In this document: one piece after another, positions 1 through 12,700 of the stretch
Numbering within the stretch: position 1 is the stretch's first letter
Layout of the letters: the number at the start of each line of letters is the position of its first letter
DNA from: Phoronis australis
Lineage: Eukaryota > Animalia > Phoronida
NCBI GenBank assembly: GCA_002633005.1
Contig: NMRA01000019.1
Span: forward strand, 1,135,052-1,199,051
Reading direction: 5' to 3'
Length of the DNA stretch: 64,000 bases
Made by a program: the position numbers and the translations under genes
Notes under the pieces: generated by a model
Told to the model about the DNA's origin: nothing
What the model saw: only the letters and a program-made list of their open reading frames with translations
The model's database searches: none

Positions 1-574
1 GCAGAATTCTGGTAAGCCGGTACACAAGGCCTTGAGAGTAGCAAAACGCTTGCCAGAGTACATAAGAATCAGCAGGTTAAAAATTCCCAACACATCTCTT
101 GTTCTACAACATAAAATCAAATCCATGTCAACGTGAGATGGCAATTGGCTGCTGATACCTTGGTAAAAACAATACACTTTCTGTTGCTGTTAACATTACA
201 GAATGCTATAATGTGCCATTATCCAAAGCTAGAATAGGTACCTGCTGTTGATGGCGAAGCATTCTTCACCAATGTTAGGTTCTTTTGAATGCATCATGGT
301 CAGATGACCCCTTCTCAATTCATTTGTCTTCATCAGTACCTTCTAGTAACTCCCTGCTATGCAAGTTGAAAGTGCTGGCAGTTGTCAGTGGAGCAGTCCA
401 CTCATGTTTGTCCGTCAAGACTGGTGCAACGCCCTGAAGAACAACAAATAACATTAATACAAACCACCTGTCACGTTTTTCCCCGTGTGTGGGTGGGCGC
501 AGGTTGTTACAGACCGGTGCTAATAGCTTTCGGTGCGAAGATNAAACCACCAATTTGGGAATATCCAGACTACC

Positions 575-805
575 ACTAGCAGGGTGTATTGACTATCAGC
601 ATGTCCTGTATACAACCACAAGACTACACAGTTAGCCTTGCAGAGAGTGGTATCACAAGTAGGACTAACTGGTTACATGCATAGACTGCCAGTCAACATA
701 TACAAGAACAAGACTAGTTAGTTGTGTAGGGCTGCTAGAGTATCAAGATTAGCACTAACAGGCTGTATAGACTGTCAGTCTCTATACACACTGCAAGATG
801 ACATG
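575..805. repeat. Diverged ~90-bp tandem repeat, about 2.5 copies
   Basis: The motif acta(g/a)c..g..t(g/a)tat(t/a)gact(a/g)(t/c)cag...tataca...caaga recurs at about 575, 664 and 755. Confidence 0.45.
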
Positions 806-3433
806 ACTTCGCAAAAGTCAGAAGTGGACGAAACCGAGCCCGAGGGCTAAACAACTAAACAGTAAAATAACGCAAAAAAATGCTCAGTCAAAGACACCAA
901 GGATTTTACTAAAGGAATATTGTAATGTCGGTGTGCTCTATTATGTACTGTTAGGCAGTAAAATAAATCTACCATAACATTCTGAAAAGTAAGTATGGTT
1001 AGCATTGCTGTAACAAGTGCGCCTCGGACATCCGTTGAGGACTTACCTGTCGAGCAAAATCTTTCCTTACTGAGACCGTGTAACAGCCATCTGGGATCGC
1101 AGATAAGTCCAGCATCCAAACTGATCTTCATTTCAAACTTTACGGCGGTAATAGTCAACTTGAGGACGATTAGCAAGCCTTTTCAACGCAGGACACCTAT
1201 CTTATACCGAACGCCTGCCATTACTTGTTTGGTATGCGTGAACTTGAATTTTCCTTAATCTGAAGATCGCGTAAGCGTGAGCTCTTAATTAAATACAAAT
1301 TAAAAAAATGTAGTGAATATTTTGTTCAATGTAGCGAATTTCTGTAATTATTGCTTCCAAAAGCACTTATTTCACCCGTTAACTAATTATAGTAGCTTGA
1401 ACATGATTATTTGAGTGGCTATTCCGAGATCACGTAGGCCTGTATACCATCTTGAGATTAACCGAAACTCCAAGTTCATCTTCGACACTCGAATCGTCGA
1501 TTGACACTTCGTCCGGCATCCATTTATTTCTTGGTGCACCACACAAAATGAAAAATTAAGCTAAAAAAATCTGTATTAAATTCAGTTCATTATAAAAAAC
1601 TTCGATGCCGTGGCGAAGGCTATTATTTGGGCTTAGGTTTCGAATAAAAGTGTTTGCGTAAAGATCCGTTTCATGAAGTTTTTAACAAAAATGAAGCGGA
1701 AATAGTGCCTTTAAAAGGGCATGTTTCAGATATGGGCCTATGTCATGCGGTTGGATAACGGTTTATAATTTGTGTGTTTAAGTATTAGTGTCCTACAATG
1801 GATATGCCATTAACTTATAAGAACATGAATCAGAGTTTCACTTGTTGGGAGAAAGACAAGTGTTACATATGATAACATTCATTTAATAATTATTAGACAC
1901 TGTGCAACCCAATCTAAATATATGCTATTCAATTCTCCCTAACCCACAACCTGCCAAGAGACAACCATGGTTTTTACATAAATTTTCTTACTTAACCTAC
2001 ATGAAGGTAACAGTGGGTTATTGATCACCCAGATTTTTTAAACACACTAACAAAATTCAATAAAGATCCTAAAAAGCATTTAGGAGATACAGCCATGGGC
2101 GCAAAAACAAACAAAACTACCACTATGAGGCGCCACAGTATTCAAAGTCGTTGGTAAATCATTGTCAACAGCAATCTTCACAGTAAGATCATATATGACA
2201 ATTTTCAAAATCATCCCTAGCCTAGAGCGTATTGGTTGATAGAAGGGCAGACGCCAAACGCAGATTCGAAAATAGGAAAAATGGCCACTGGGTGGCACAA
2301 AGTACCGCGACTCCGTCTGAAACGGGAGGATGGCATCATCTCACTAACAGACGCCCAGACAGAGATGACGGCAATATGCGACCACATATAAATATGTGGA
2401 CACATAACAAACAAGTGTGTTGCACAACAGTTAAGGGTACCTTCTACGTGCCCTCCCATGTATGTGCACATTTAGGCTGACATGCCTTTATTCTAAACAA
2501 TGCCTCTTTAATTTTGTTTTTTCCAGTGTGCAATATTAATAAAATATATTTGAAGTGCAATTCCATTTGAGAAGGAGGTACAATATGAGAACATTTTGAT
2601 CAATTGTGAAACAAATATTCATCTTAGCGAATTAATTGATAGTACATCAATTGCCAGGTCTCATGGTAGCTTTCAATGCATGGATTATTTTTTGATTGAT
2701 CCTTTTGTCTGACTGAGAAAATTGCTTCTAAAGGGGTGTGACGGATGCACACACCGAACTTGAATTAAAAAAAAAGATTTTTGACATTTCTGTGAACTTT
2801 AAAAAAAGTTATTTTAGTTTTATATAACCATTTAGTGAAATGTTTGTGAAGTACAATACATTATGATATCTTCAAAGAAATTTTTGCTAGACAACTCAAT
2901 GTAAGTTGAGTGAGTGTGAGTAATGTACGTACACTCTGAATTTCTAGTTAAACTCTTTGTTTCTTGTGGCTCGTCTTTTGCCAGTGATTAAAAATTACAT
3001 TAATATGGAGTGAAACTTATATCAATTAATCAAAATACACCTTTTGGATGAAATCTTCACTTCAGTTAAGCCTATGGACATATACACTAAGATGTAAAAT
3101 TTTTCAACACATTTGATCAAATATGTAAAAACAGCCCCCTCAAATCCTCACTTCTCTTGAAAGTTGGTAAACAATGTGGAATCCGATGACAATAAGTGCG
3201 ATCATCATTGTGTATCTGGTACCTGTTAGCACTTAGGAAAACTGTTTTTGAGTTAAGTAGGAATACAAATGTGGAACTAGCCAGTAAGTGAATGTCGCTG
3301 TCCTGAGTGTGGAGTAGAGTTTAAAACATTACTAATCATCAGTTAAAAATGCATTTTGAGTATCTGTATTTTTGAATTAGGACTCATCCTAAGCTTGGGT
3401 ACAGGTTGTGTGGGCGTGTCGTTGGTCCTTCTG

Positions 3434-3440
<7 letters not shown>

Positions 3441-3493
<53 letters not shown>
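3441..3493. repeat. (TA)n microsatellite
   Basis: Perfect TA run of about 26 units. It explains the YIYIYI ORFs. Confidence 0.97.
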
Positions 3494-3495
<2 letters not shown>

Positions 3496-3657
3496 CCATG
3501 TTAATAATGAAGGCAAATGTTTTAAAAATATCAGTATCTTCTTATGACAAAGTCTCAAGCAGATAATTGGTTCAGCATGGTTCAGTTGACCGCATCAACC
3601 TATGGCATTCATATTGTAATACAAGACACAGGTGCTCTCTTACAGTGTAAAGGCAAA

Positions 3658-3972
3658 AACTTGGCGAAATTAACCAAAAACATGACGATAAAGATGATGA
3701 CGAAGATGACGAATATGACGAAGATGGTGGCGAGGATGAAGTAATAATAACATACACATGACGAACGTAGAAGTCCGAAATCAGTAAGAAAAAGGCTACA
3801 GTCTTGAGCGACACTTGGCGAAATTAACGGAAAAGACGATGACGGAAATGATGACAAAGATGATGATGATGATGATGACGATGATGATGGTGATGGCGAT
3901 GATGAACAACATCATAACATTCATATGATGAACTTAGATGTCATAAATCAATAAGAAATAGGCTACAGTCGA
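3658..3972. repeat. Two-copy ~155-bp tandem repeat with an internal (GAT/GAC)n microsatellite
   Basis: acttggcgaaattaac...gatgatgac...aatca(g/a)taagaaa(a/t)aggctacagtc occurs twice (about 3659-3803 and 3813-3970). Confidence 0.75.
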
Positions 3973-5199
3973 GTTCAATAGAAGCTAAACCAACATCAAT
4001 GCAGCAAGAGCGCTCAACAAAGGAACAGCGTTATCAGAAAATCTCAAATAACTCGAAAAGTAGACGTCCTAGCAAAAAATGTAAAACATCTTTAAAAAAT
4101 TCCAAGTTCAAGGTTCTTGATTTTTGAGAAATATGTAAAATCAAATTATGTAATCATCAATACTAAAACATCATTTCATACAAGGTACCAAAGACACTAA
4201 AAAACACAAGAGTGACAACAGCCGGTGAAGGTAAGACAAAATGCTTTATGAATTAGCTCACAGGTTGCTTCCTCAGACTTAAAAATACCCAGTGTCTGCT
4301 CTTTCAACACAAAACATAGCACCGCAGGTCAGAGCAGAAAAGTGCACATTGATTCCAGGAGAGCAGCAAGTTGAGATGCGTTCATTAAATTAACGTCTGG
4401 TTGAATTTTTACTATGAACCTACTAGATGGCACTGTAAGGCAGAGCTTTTTTCAGTGGATTTAGCTTAAATGAGTAGTGCACATATTTACTTGATTTTTT
4501 ATGTATGTTTGTAAAAACTTAACAGTTTTAGGTTCTTAGGTGTGACTGTGAGACATATTTTACTTTCTGAAAGTCTGGAACATAAAAAAAGACCTAAGGA
4601 TATTTTTATTGGCTGCAAAATTATATTTTCACAGCTGTGATGGACGAATGTGATGGAGGGAAAAATTCTCTGTACATCTGTCACGCCATTCATGACTAAA
4701 CAACTAATGCCTGGAAACCTGAAGTTTTGGTCAACTTCTCAACAGTGTTGAGAAACAAGGGAACCTGAAATTATTTTAATTTTGATTGGAAACTTTTGAC
4801 ATAACTGAACAAACTTTTTAGCAAATTTTTGTGACAAACATACATCTTGATATCCAGAAATTGGCAATGTGCCACAGATCAAATGATAATTTTTGGATAC
4901 TAAATAGACTTTGTGTGATTGCAAAAATTTTGTAATACAACTTAATATAGCCATAATTAGCTTATTTGTAGAAATAATTAGTAACACACATCAATATCTG
5001 GGTAATTTTTAAGAGACAAGTGACCCTTAAGTCATAATAAAATTCCCTCGAGATCAGAATGACTTGTAAGGGACACAGGCGATGGTGTGAAATGGAACAA
5101 AACATTGGTTTTGGATATTTTTGAGGCCCAGCTTAATGCTATAGGTGATTGGGGGGGGGGGATTTTTCCTCACTACTTGGCCTCAATTAATCAACACTT

Positions 5200-5336
5200 T
5201 GTAGGAATCAAAAACACGCAATTATAAGTGAATAAAATACTATATTGAAGCAGACACTTGATGTTGGTATATTGACAAAAATGAGACTAAACTACAGTGA
5301 TTTAACAAATCGTTATAACTGATAGGTGGCACCACA
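5200..5336 (-). repeat. 3' LTR (137 bp, TG...CA)
   Basis: Near-identical to 8911-9047 and 15817-15953. Adjacent minus-strand polypurine tract GGAGGGGGG at about 5340-5348. Confidence 0.93.
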
Positions 5337-5358
5337 GTACCCCCCTCCAAGCGGAGGA

Positions 5359-6545
5359 CTAAGGCAAATCCGAAGTGGGTGGAGAATCACGAAAACGCAC
5401 AGGTAAGCGCGAAACGCGGCCAGAACGAGTAACTCTAGAAGGTTGATCGGCAGCAACAGACGTTGACGGCACAGGTCCGTCGGTGGAGTCAAGGGGAGCC
5501 GGCGGCGAGGGGAGCAATAATGGCGAAGAGGCCTCGGGACGTGTGAAGGTGTCATCCGAGGTTGTGAACTGGGTGACATAAGCGGCTTTGAGACGATCAA
5601 CAGAAACCGTCTGCTCGCGACCCTTAATGTCAAGAGTGTAGAACTTGTCATTGGTGTTTAGTATGCGATACGGGCCATCGTAGGGGCGCTGGAGCGGATG
5701 ACGGTAAGCATCATGGCCGTGTATGTGTATGGGACAAGACGCCAAGTTGGAGGGTATATAACTGGGGCGACCGCCATGGAAATTAGGAGGCGCGGGCTGC
5801 ACAGCACGCATGGTGTGTTGTAGATGCTTTAAGAAAATTGAGTCCGGCTCCATTGTACGAGCTTCGAGCGGTTGAAGAAACTCGCCTGGTAAGTGGAGAG
5901 GTGACCCATACACAAGTTCAGCGGGAGAACAGCCGGGATCTACTCGCCAGGACGAACGTATCCCTAGCAAGACCAGTGGCAGTTCTGCAAAAAAGTGCGG
6001 GCTGGTAGTGCGCGCCTTGAGGGCGCGGTGAAAACGTTCTATCATGTCATTCGCCTGTGGGTGGTATGCATTTGTGGTATGAGTCGTAACACCCAAGAGC
6101 TTGTTGCATTCACTCCAAAGTGCCGAAGTGAACTGAGCACCGCGATCAGACGTGATGTCCTCAGGCACACCAAAGCGGGAAATCGAATGATGGACAAGAG
6201 CAGCTGCACAGGAGGAAGCTTGGGCGTCAGGAAGTGGTATGGCCTCGGGCCACCTGGTGAAACGGTCAATGATCGTGAAGAGATAGGTCATGCCTTGGCT
6301 CGCTGGTAGTGGGCCAACAAGATCCACGTGGAGACTGCGAAACCTGGCAGCCGGAGCGAGACGCTTTACCAAAGGTGCCCGTGTGTGTCGCTGTATCTTG
6401 GAAGCTTGACAAGCATGACACTCTTTGCACCACCGCCGTATATCACGTTTCATACCACGCCAGACAAAGCGCTGAGTGAACGCCAGCGTGGGAAAGCCCA
6501 TGAATACGATCAAAAACAGCACGGGTCCATGTGGAGGGCAACAGA
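5359..6545 (-). pseudogene. Gypsy integrase (HHCC, rve, GPY), frameshifted within the HHCC domain
   Basis: VFDRIHGLSHAGV is in one frame and RFVWRGMKRDIRRWCKECHACQASK...DDE core in another. Confidence 0.92.
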
Positions 6546-6584
6546 GGTGGTCCCTGGGTTATGAGATGGTGTTCAACACCGTGT

Positions 6585-7094
6585 TTATTCGCCGTGGAAT
6601 CGTAACACGGAGTAAACAGCTCTGAAAACTGTTGTAACAAATGTGAGTCCTCGTCGTGGGCATGAAAGGAGAGACCCGCAAGGGTCAGTGAAATCATACG
6701 TGTTATGTCGCAAAAGTACAGAGGGATTATCGATAGACAAAAGGCGCTTGCCCTTGAGATCAATAACTAGGTCGTGGGCAATAAAAAAATCAGCTCCCAG
6801 AATCGGGCGAGTAACATCGGCAAGATAAAATTCATGAGCGTACCGCTGCTTAGGGATGAGCACCACCGAGAGGGTACGGGTGCCCCATGTGTTTACGGAA
6901 GTTCCGTTAGCAGCGGAGAGAGGTGCGGAAGGTGGATTGCTCTTGCGGTCTGTTGCAGAGGCAGGATAAACAGAAACGTCGGCGCCATTGTCAATTAAAA
7001 AATATCTACCAGTGTGTTGGTCAACAATGGAGAACGTGTTGGAGGTGGAAACGCCGGCCGCTACCACGTTCAACGGCCGGCTGTGGCGTTTCCC
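6585..7094 (-). pseudogene. Retropepsin (aspartic protease) at the start of pol, reached by -1 frameshift from gag
   Basis: FLIDNGADVSV...ILGADFF. Slippery GGGAAAC at 7088-7094 (minus) lies where gag (QGNATAGR*) and pol (PGKRHSR) overlap. Confidence 0.85.
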
Positions 7095-8881
7095 TGGATG
7101 TTTGTCTTGGGAATCAGTGACGCAAACTTGCAGCCAGGCTGGCATCGACGAGCCTCGGGCCCAAACTTCATGTGGTAGAAGCATACGGTGGAGGAACCCA
7201 TAAGTGGGCTGGCGTCACCGTGCTGGGAACGGAAACGGCGTCGGAAGCGCTCATCGGCAGAAACCACGTCCACCGAAGCGGACGTGGACTTGGTATTGTC
7301 ATCATAAAAACCCGAAAACGTTGTCTGACTGGTGGTAGGCATAGAGACATGTTGCACTCCGGCAGTACGTGCCTCCCAGATACGGTCCGCGGTCATAGCA
7401 AGGTCCTCTATGCTATTAATACTGTGGCCCGCCAGGATAGTGCGAACGTCGGAGGGCAGGTTCGTTAGGAATAAAGCACGTTTTAAAGTCTGGGGGTCAC
7501 CATTGAGAGCGTTGATACGTCTCATCAGAGCGGTGGGACGTTTGTCACCCAGGCCATTGAGGTTCAAAAGCTCAGAGTCCTTCTGCGCCTGGGACTTTCC
7601 AAAAGCGTTGATGAGCGCGGACTTCAATGCGTTATACTTGCTTGTGAGCGGTGGGTGGAGGAGTATAGCCTGAACTTCGTCGGCTGTGTTGACATCAAGG
7701 GCACTCACCACATAATCATATTTTGTNCTGCTTAGGGCTGAGCACCACCGAGAGGGTACGGGTGCCCCATGTGTTTATGGAAGTTCCGTTAGCAGCGGAG
7801 AGAGGTGGGGAAGGTGGATTGGTCTTGCGGTCTATTGCAGAGGCAGGATAAACAGAAACGTCGGCGCCAGTGTCAATTAAAAAATATCTACCAGTGTGTT
7901 AGTCAACAATGGAGAACGTGTTGGAGGTGGAGACGCCGGCCGCTACCACGTTCAACGGCCGGCTGTGGCGTTTCCCTGGTTGTTTAATTGTCTTGGGTAT
8001 CAGTGACGCAAACTTGCAGCCAGGCTGGCAATCGACGAGCCTCGGGCCCAAACTTCATGTGGTAGAAGCATATGGTGGAGGAACCCATAAGGGGGCTGGC
8101 GTCACCCTGCTGGGAACGGGAACGGCGTCGGAAGCGCTTATCGGCAGAAACCACGTCCACCGAAGCGGACGTGGACTTGGCGTTGTCATCATAAAAACCC
8201 GAAAACGTTGTCGGACTGGTGGTAGGCATAGAGACATGTTGCACACCGGCAGTACGTGCCTCCCAGATACGGTCCGCCGTCGTAGCAAGGTCCTCTATGC
8301 TATTAATGCTTTGGCCCGCCAGGATAGTGCGAACGTCGGAAGGCAGGTTCGTTAGGAATAAAGCACGTTTTAAAGTCTGGGGGTCATNTGTGGCCCGCCA
8401 GGATAGTGCGAACGTCGGAGGGCAGGTTCGTTAGGAATAAAGCACGTTTTAAAGTCTGGGGGTCATCATTGAGAGTGTTGATACGTCTCATCAGAGCGGT
8501 GGGACGTTTGTCACCCAGGCCATTGAGGTTCAAAAGCTCAGAGTCCTTCAGCGCCTGGGACTTTCCAAAAGCGTTGATGAGCGCGGACTTCAATGCGTTA
8601 TACTTGCTTGTGAGTGGTGGGTGGAGGAGTATAGCCGGAACTTCGTCGGCTGTGTTGACATCAAGGGCACTCACCACAAAATCATATTTTGTCTGATCTT
8701 GTACAATCCCTTTTGTTCCAAACTGAGCCTCGACTTTGGCAAACCAAACTTCGGGCGATTTTGTCCAAAAGTCTGGCAACCTGATGGACACCGCGTTTAC
8801 CTGAGTTGTTTGCATTGCAAGCGTCTGGAGAGTTGAGGCGAGGTCAGTAACAAGCTTTGTATCACTATGTCCCTCAGCCAT
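7070..8881 (-). CDS. Gypsy gag, split by gaps, with a redundant diverged segment at 7728-8387
   Basis: ORFs 8384-8881 and 7070-7711 overlap in sequence and together give a full gag (MAEGHSD...LPDFWTKSPEVWF...CFYHMKFGPEARRCQPGC). Confidence 0.88.
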
Positions 8882-8896
8882 TGTAAGTGTTCACTG

Positions 8897-8909
8897 TTCG
8901 AGGTCACCA
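8897..8909 (-). other. Primer-binding site, tRNA-Trp-like
   Basis: Minus strand TGGTGACCTCGAA lies 1 nt after the 5' LTR. It resembles the complement of the eukaryotic tRNA-Trp 3' end (TGGTGACCCCGA). Confidence 0.7.
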
Positions 8910-8910
8910 A

Positions 8911-9047
8911 TATAGGGATCAGAAACACACAATTATAAGCGAATAAAATACTATATTGAAGTAGACACTTGATGTTGGTATATTGACAAAAATGAGACTA
9001 AACTACAGTGATTTAACAAATCGTTATAACTGATAGGTGGCACCACA
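8911..9047 (-). repeat. 5' LTR (137 bp)
   Basis: Matches 5200-5336 with about 6 transitions. Confidence 0.92.
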
Positions 9048-9793
9048 ATGTATCAGTGCTTTGGAGGATGTCCAGTTGAGCAAAGAACATTTGTAATGTA
9101 ACTAATTTGCATGTGAAAATTTTCAACTCGCTTACAACTGTAGTTTAAATGCAAGCTAACTCCAGTTGCTGGTTGAAATTCTGTGCATCATGTTTGGTGT
9201 GGGGAGCAATTATGATTTCTAAAAACCTTATTTTGAAAATTTGCCCTTTTACGATTCCATCTGTCGATTCAATGTCACTGTTTCAGATTCATAGATACAT
9301 GTCTGAGTTTTCAGTATAGAGGCCTCAGAATAAATTTTAAACTGAATGTCTTCTTACAAATGCTACTATTGTCATCTTGCAGGGATTCAGAGCTGTTGTT
9401 CACCCGTCCTTATCTTCTTTGTCACCTGCATCCTCACAATCTGGATCAAAGGTTTGTGTCTGCTCTTGTAAAGACTCTATGCTCTATTGGAAGTTAAAGT
9501 AGACATAGGCATGCATTATGTCACGAAAACCAACTGTTTATTTAGACCATGTAACAATAGTATATTGATCTCGAATTGTTCCTTGATAAAAATAAGGTGT
9601 GAATTTTGGGCTTGATAAACTCCAGCAATTNCCATGTAATAAGGGTTAACAACGCGTGAGACAAGGACTTTAAGCGTCTGAAACTGTAATTCTCCGAATA
9701 CACGTTCACGGACGTCTATAGAAAGCGAGGGGCTTATCAGAAGAAATTCCCGTTATGAATGTATCACGAGCACATGTTCTTCAAACTTTTCAG

Positions 9794-12700
9794 CCTAAGA
9801 AGCAAAAGAGCTCTTTGCTGGATACGGTGAGAACGCCCAACATGCGTTACACATCGTTCATCCTCTGGTACCACTGGTACGTCATGGGTTTGGCGTTCTT
9901 CGGTCTATCTTACAATGTGGGGAACATGTTTGGCGACTTCTACGTGAACTTCATAGTAATGAGCGCAAGTGGAGTTCTCGGAATGCCTGTGTTTTACTTC
10001 CTTATGAAATTTGGTAGACGTTGGCCAATGGTCGGATTGTTGATGGTGTGCGCAGTTTTCAATTTGATCATCATGTTCACAAATAAAGGTAAGTCACTTA
10101 CTCTAATAGGGGACTTTGCATCAATGAGATAAATAGCTATAGTTGACTCACGTGGTCTTCGTTGAGCGGAGTGGTCTGCCATCTTGCTGATGAACCTTGT
10201 TAGTCGAGATGAGTGTGTACTGTGTAGTATCTAGGAACCAATATTGGTAACAGCACGGGATTTCTAGTAAAACTCATAGCTTTAATGTTAGGATCATCAA
10301 GTGCAAACTAAGATTTTTAGAAAATCGTCCAAGAAAATCATCGCATACTTGAGCACCGAATTTTAAAAAGGGTCTTAATGCTATAGCAGAAAACATCAAA
10401 AGTAAAGTTTGATTTCCAGGATAAAGATTAGACCCAGAATCAATGATATAATTTTTGGTCTTTCGAGGTTTAAAAATTAAAACTGAAATAGAATGATTTT
10501 GCGGGTAAGAATCCGATCGCAGAAACAATATTGTTCAACTTCATTTGGTCCCTAGAACACCTTCTTAAATCGATGTTTCATGGTCTTTTACTTGACTTTC
10601 CTTCTTAGACCGATATGTCTTTAAGGGTTAAGTGAGCAAGATATCTGTTGTTTTCTAGCAACGGAGAAACACAAAATGCGACTACAAGATTAACAGTTGT
10701 ACATTTTTACAGAGTGGACACCAATTCGAATATTTATTAATATAGCCAGGTTATTAGGAACACGACAGGATCGCAGGAAGGGAGACCCTAAGACTACTAC
10801 ACCCCATAATAGTATATTGGGACGGAAGATGGGTTGATTCTGTAGATTTCAAGAGATGGGACAAATGTTGTGTAGCCTGGCAAGTTATTAAAATTTGCAA
10901 TTGTCTTACTTGAGGAAAACCATCATTAAATTTAATTTCTGTCCTGTCTATGGTCTCTGATACTTACAGTGTATTAATGCCTGGGTATGTAGCATGCGCG
11001 CAGCCAGCGTTTAATTTGGGGGTCTCGAATTTCTGGCGATGTGGACCTTTTAATAACAAAAAAGCGGGAGGGCTAAAAAAACGGGGTTCTACGTTCATTG
11101 TTGTGACTTGTGCGTTTGCGCCTTTTTAGTGGACTTTCGTCTCGTTTTCTCGGACTTACTGTTTCTCTGAGGCGAATCTTTTTCCCACTTCGCCAAATGG
11201 GGGAGGGTTCGTTTGAGCCCCCCCCCCCCTCTGGGTGCGTGCAGGGCAGATAAACTTAATAACCATTGAGTTTTGTCATATTTATTTTGTGGCTGGGTGT
11301 TGTCAATGTAATTGTACTAGTAACATAATTGTGTGCCAGTAAATGTCGGATCCAACTGAATTGAGGGATTAAATTGGAGTTGGTTGAAATCTGAGTTTTG
11401 CTGAAATGGAGTGCATGTACCAGTACGGTACAGTAACTTCGTACCAGCTAGACATTTCCCTTTTACTGTCACGGTTTGATTGTACTGCGTGATGGTGATA
11501 TTTTGAAATAAATATGTTTTGAAATAAATCAAAACTTTATTGTTTCAAATGGTTACAGTATCTCAATGTGATGTTTCTGTGTGAACGTTTTGTTGTCTTT
11601 CTCGTTCTGGATGGCCAATCAGATGGAAGTGTGCTTTTTATTGACAGAAAAAAATCTGCGATTCTGCACATCATGTCGTGGTAAAAGGGGTACATTGATT
11701 GGTGTAAAAATTAATATTGGTAAAAACTAATACGCCTTTTTAAAACTCTAATTCGCGGCGTGTTGTTTTACAACAGAGTCTGTGACTCAACTGTTTGAAC
11801 TGTGAGATCATGTCGTTTCAATCTGTACAAATTACCAGTTCACCACGCTAAGATGAATAAGGTACTAGGACAAGTAATACTGGAAAGTTATAGAAAAGTA
11901 GCGTATCAATGAAGTAATTTTCCTTGAGATACCTCAGCACCCCTTACATGCGTTTTACTTTTTGAAAAAACGTCTGCATATTGATGTAATTATTATTTCT
12001 TGGTATTACCTGAAGTAGACAATTCCAATCACCTTTCGGGAAATTGGGTCTGTGCAAATGCATACTTCGACCTCCGGCTTCGGCCGTCCAAGCATAGGTG
12101 TTGACAGGCACACGCGGCTAACTGCTGTATATGTGCGTGCCTTACCAACCAGTGCAGGGTGTTTTTGGTGCAGCGCATTCTTCTTTTTTCATTGAAATAC
12201 TTAATGTTTCTATAACTCTATCGTTTTGCAAAATTTTTCTCCCAACTTTTATTCAAACTGGCCTATGCCCTCAATTCCGAATATGCACATGTACACAAAT
12301 ATGTACAGTTCCATTTGTCAATTGTTGCATACAATGACACGGCTTTACATACACGCACACTGCTGTCTGTATGCTCATCTATTTCCATTGTTTTCTATTA
12401 TTTTTTTACTTAGTGTCCAAGTGTTTCACACGAACGCCTTCCTCAAATATTTTTGTTAGAATAAATCAAGTGGCGTCGGGTCAAGGAATTTTTAGACCCA
12501 TACTAAAAACTTTGGGAATAAAGTGATGTAATGGCGCGCCGGAGAGCGGCCCGCTTGACATCTGATCGTCTTGTCGGTTAACAACTGAAAAATAGGTAGT
12601 ACTGATAACGACGAAAAAGTTTAATCACTGTATAATACCATTTTCTAAGCTTTATACCTTTCAGTGATTGTCTTTTCGACTGAACCGGCAAAATCTCCCA

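Larger units (their letters stand above)
5200..9047 (-). mobile_element. Ty3/Gypsy LTR retrotransposon, internally deleted (gag, protease and integrase present; no RT/RNase H), spanning two assembly gaps
   Basis: LTRs at 5200-5336 and 8911-9047. PBS TGGTGACCTCG follows the 5' LTR and a G-rich PPT precedes the 3' LTR. Gag has LPDFW..SPEVWF...EAQF and CFYHMKFGPEARRC. Protease has FLID(N/T)GADVSV. Integrase has HHCC plus HVDLVGPLP...IDRFTRWPEA...SDRGAQF...IERFHR and a GPY motif. Confidence 0.95.

Noticed and set aside
1-420. Possible degraded hAT transposase on the minus strand
   Set aside because: Only vague resemblance across stops and frameshifts. It cannot be supported without a search.
3343-3857. 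Short ORFs with YIYIYI or poly-Ser/Met
   Set aside because: Translations of microsatellites.
7728-8387. Apparent second gag-protease unit inside the LTR element
   Set aside because: Bounded by n on both sides, so it is probably a misplaced contig from another copy.
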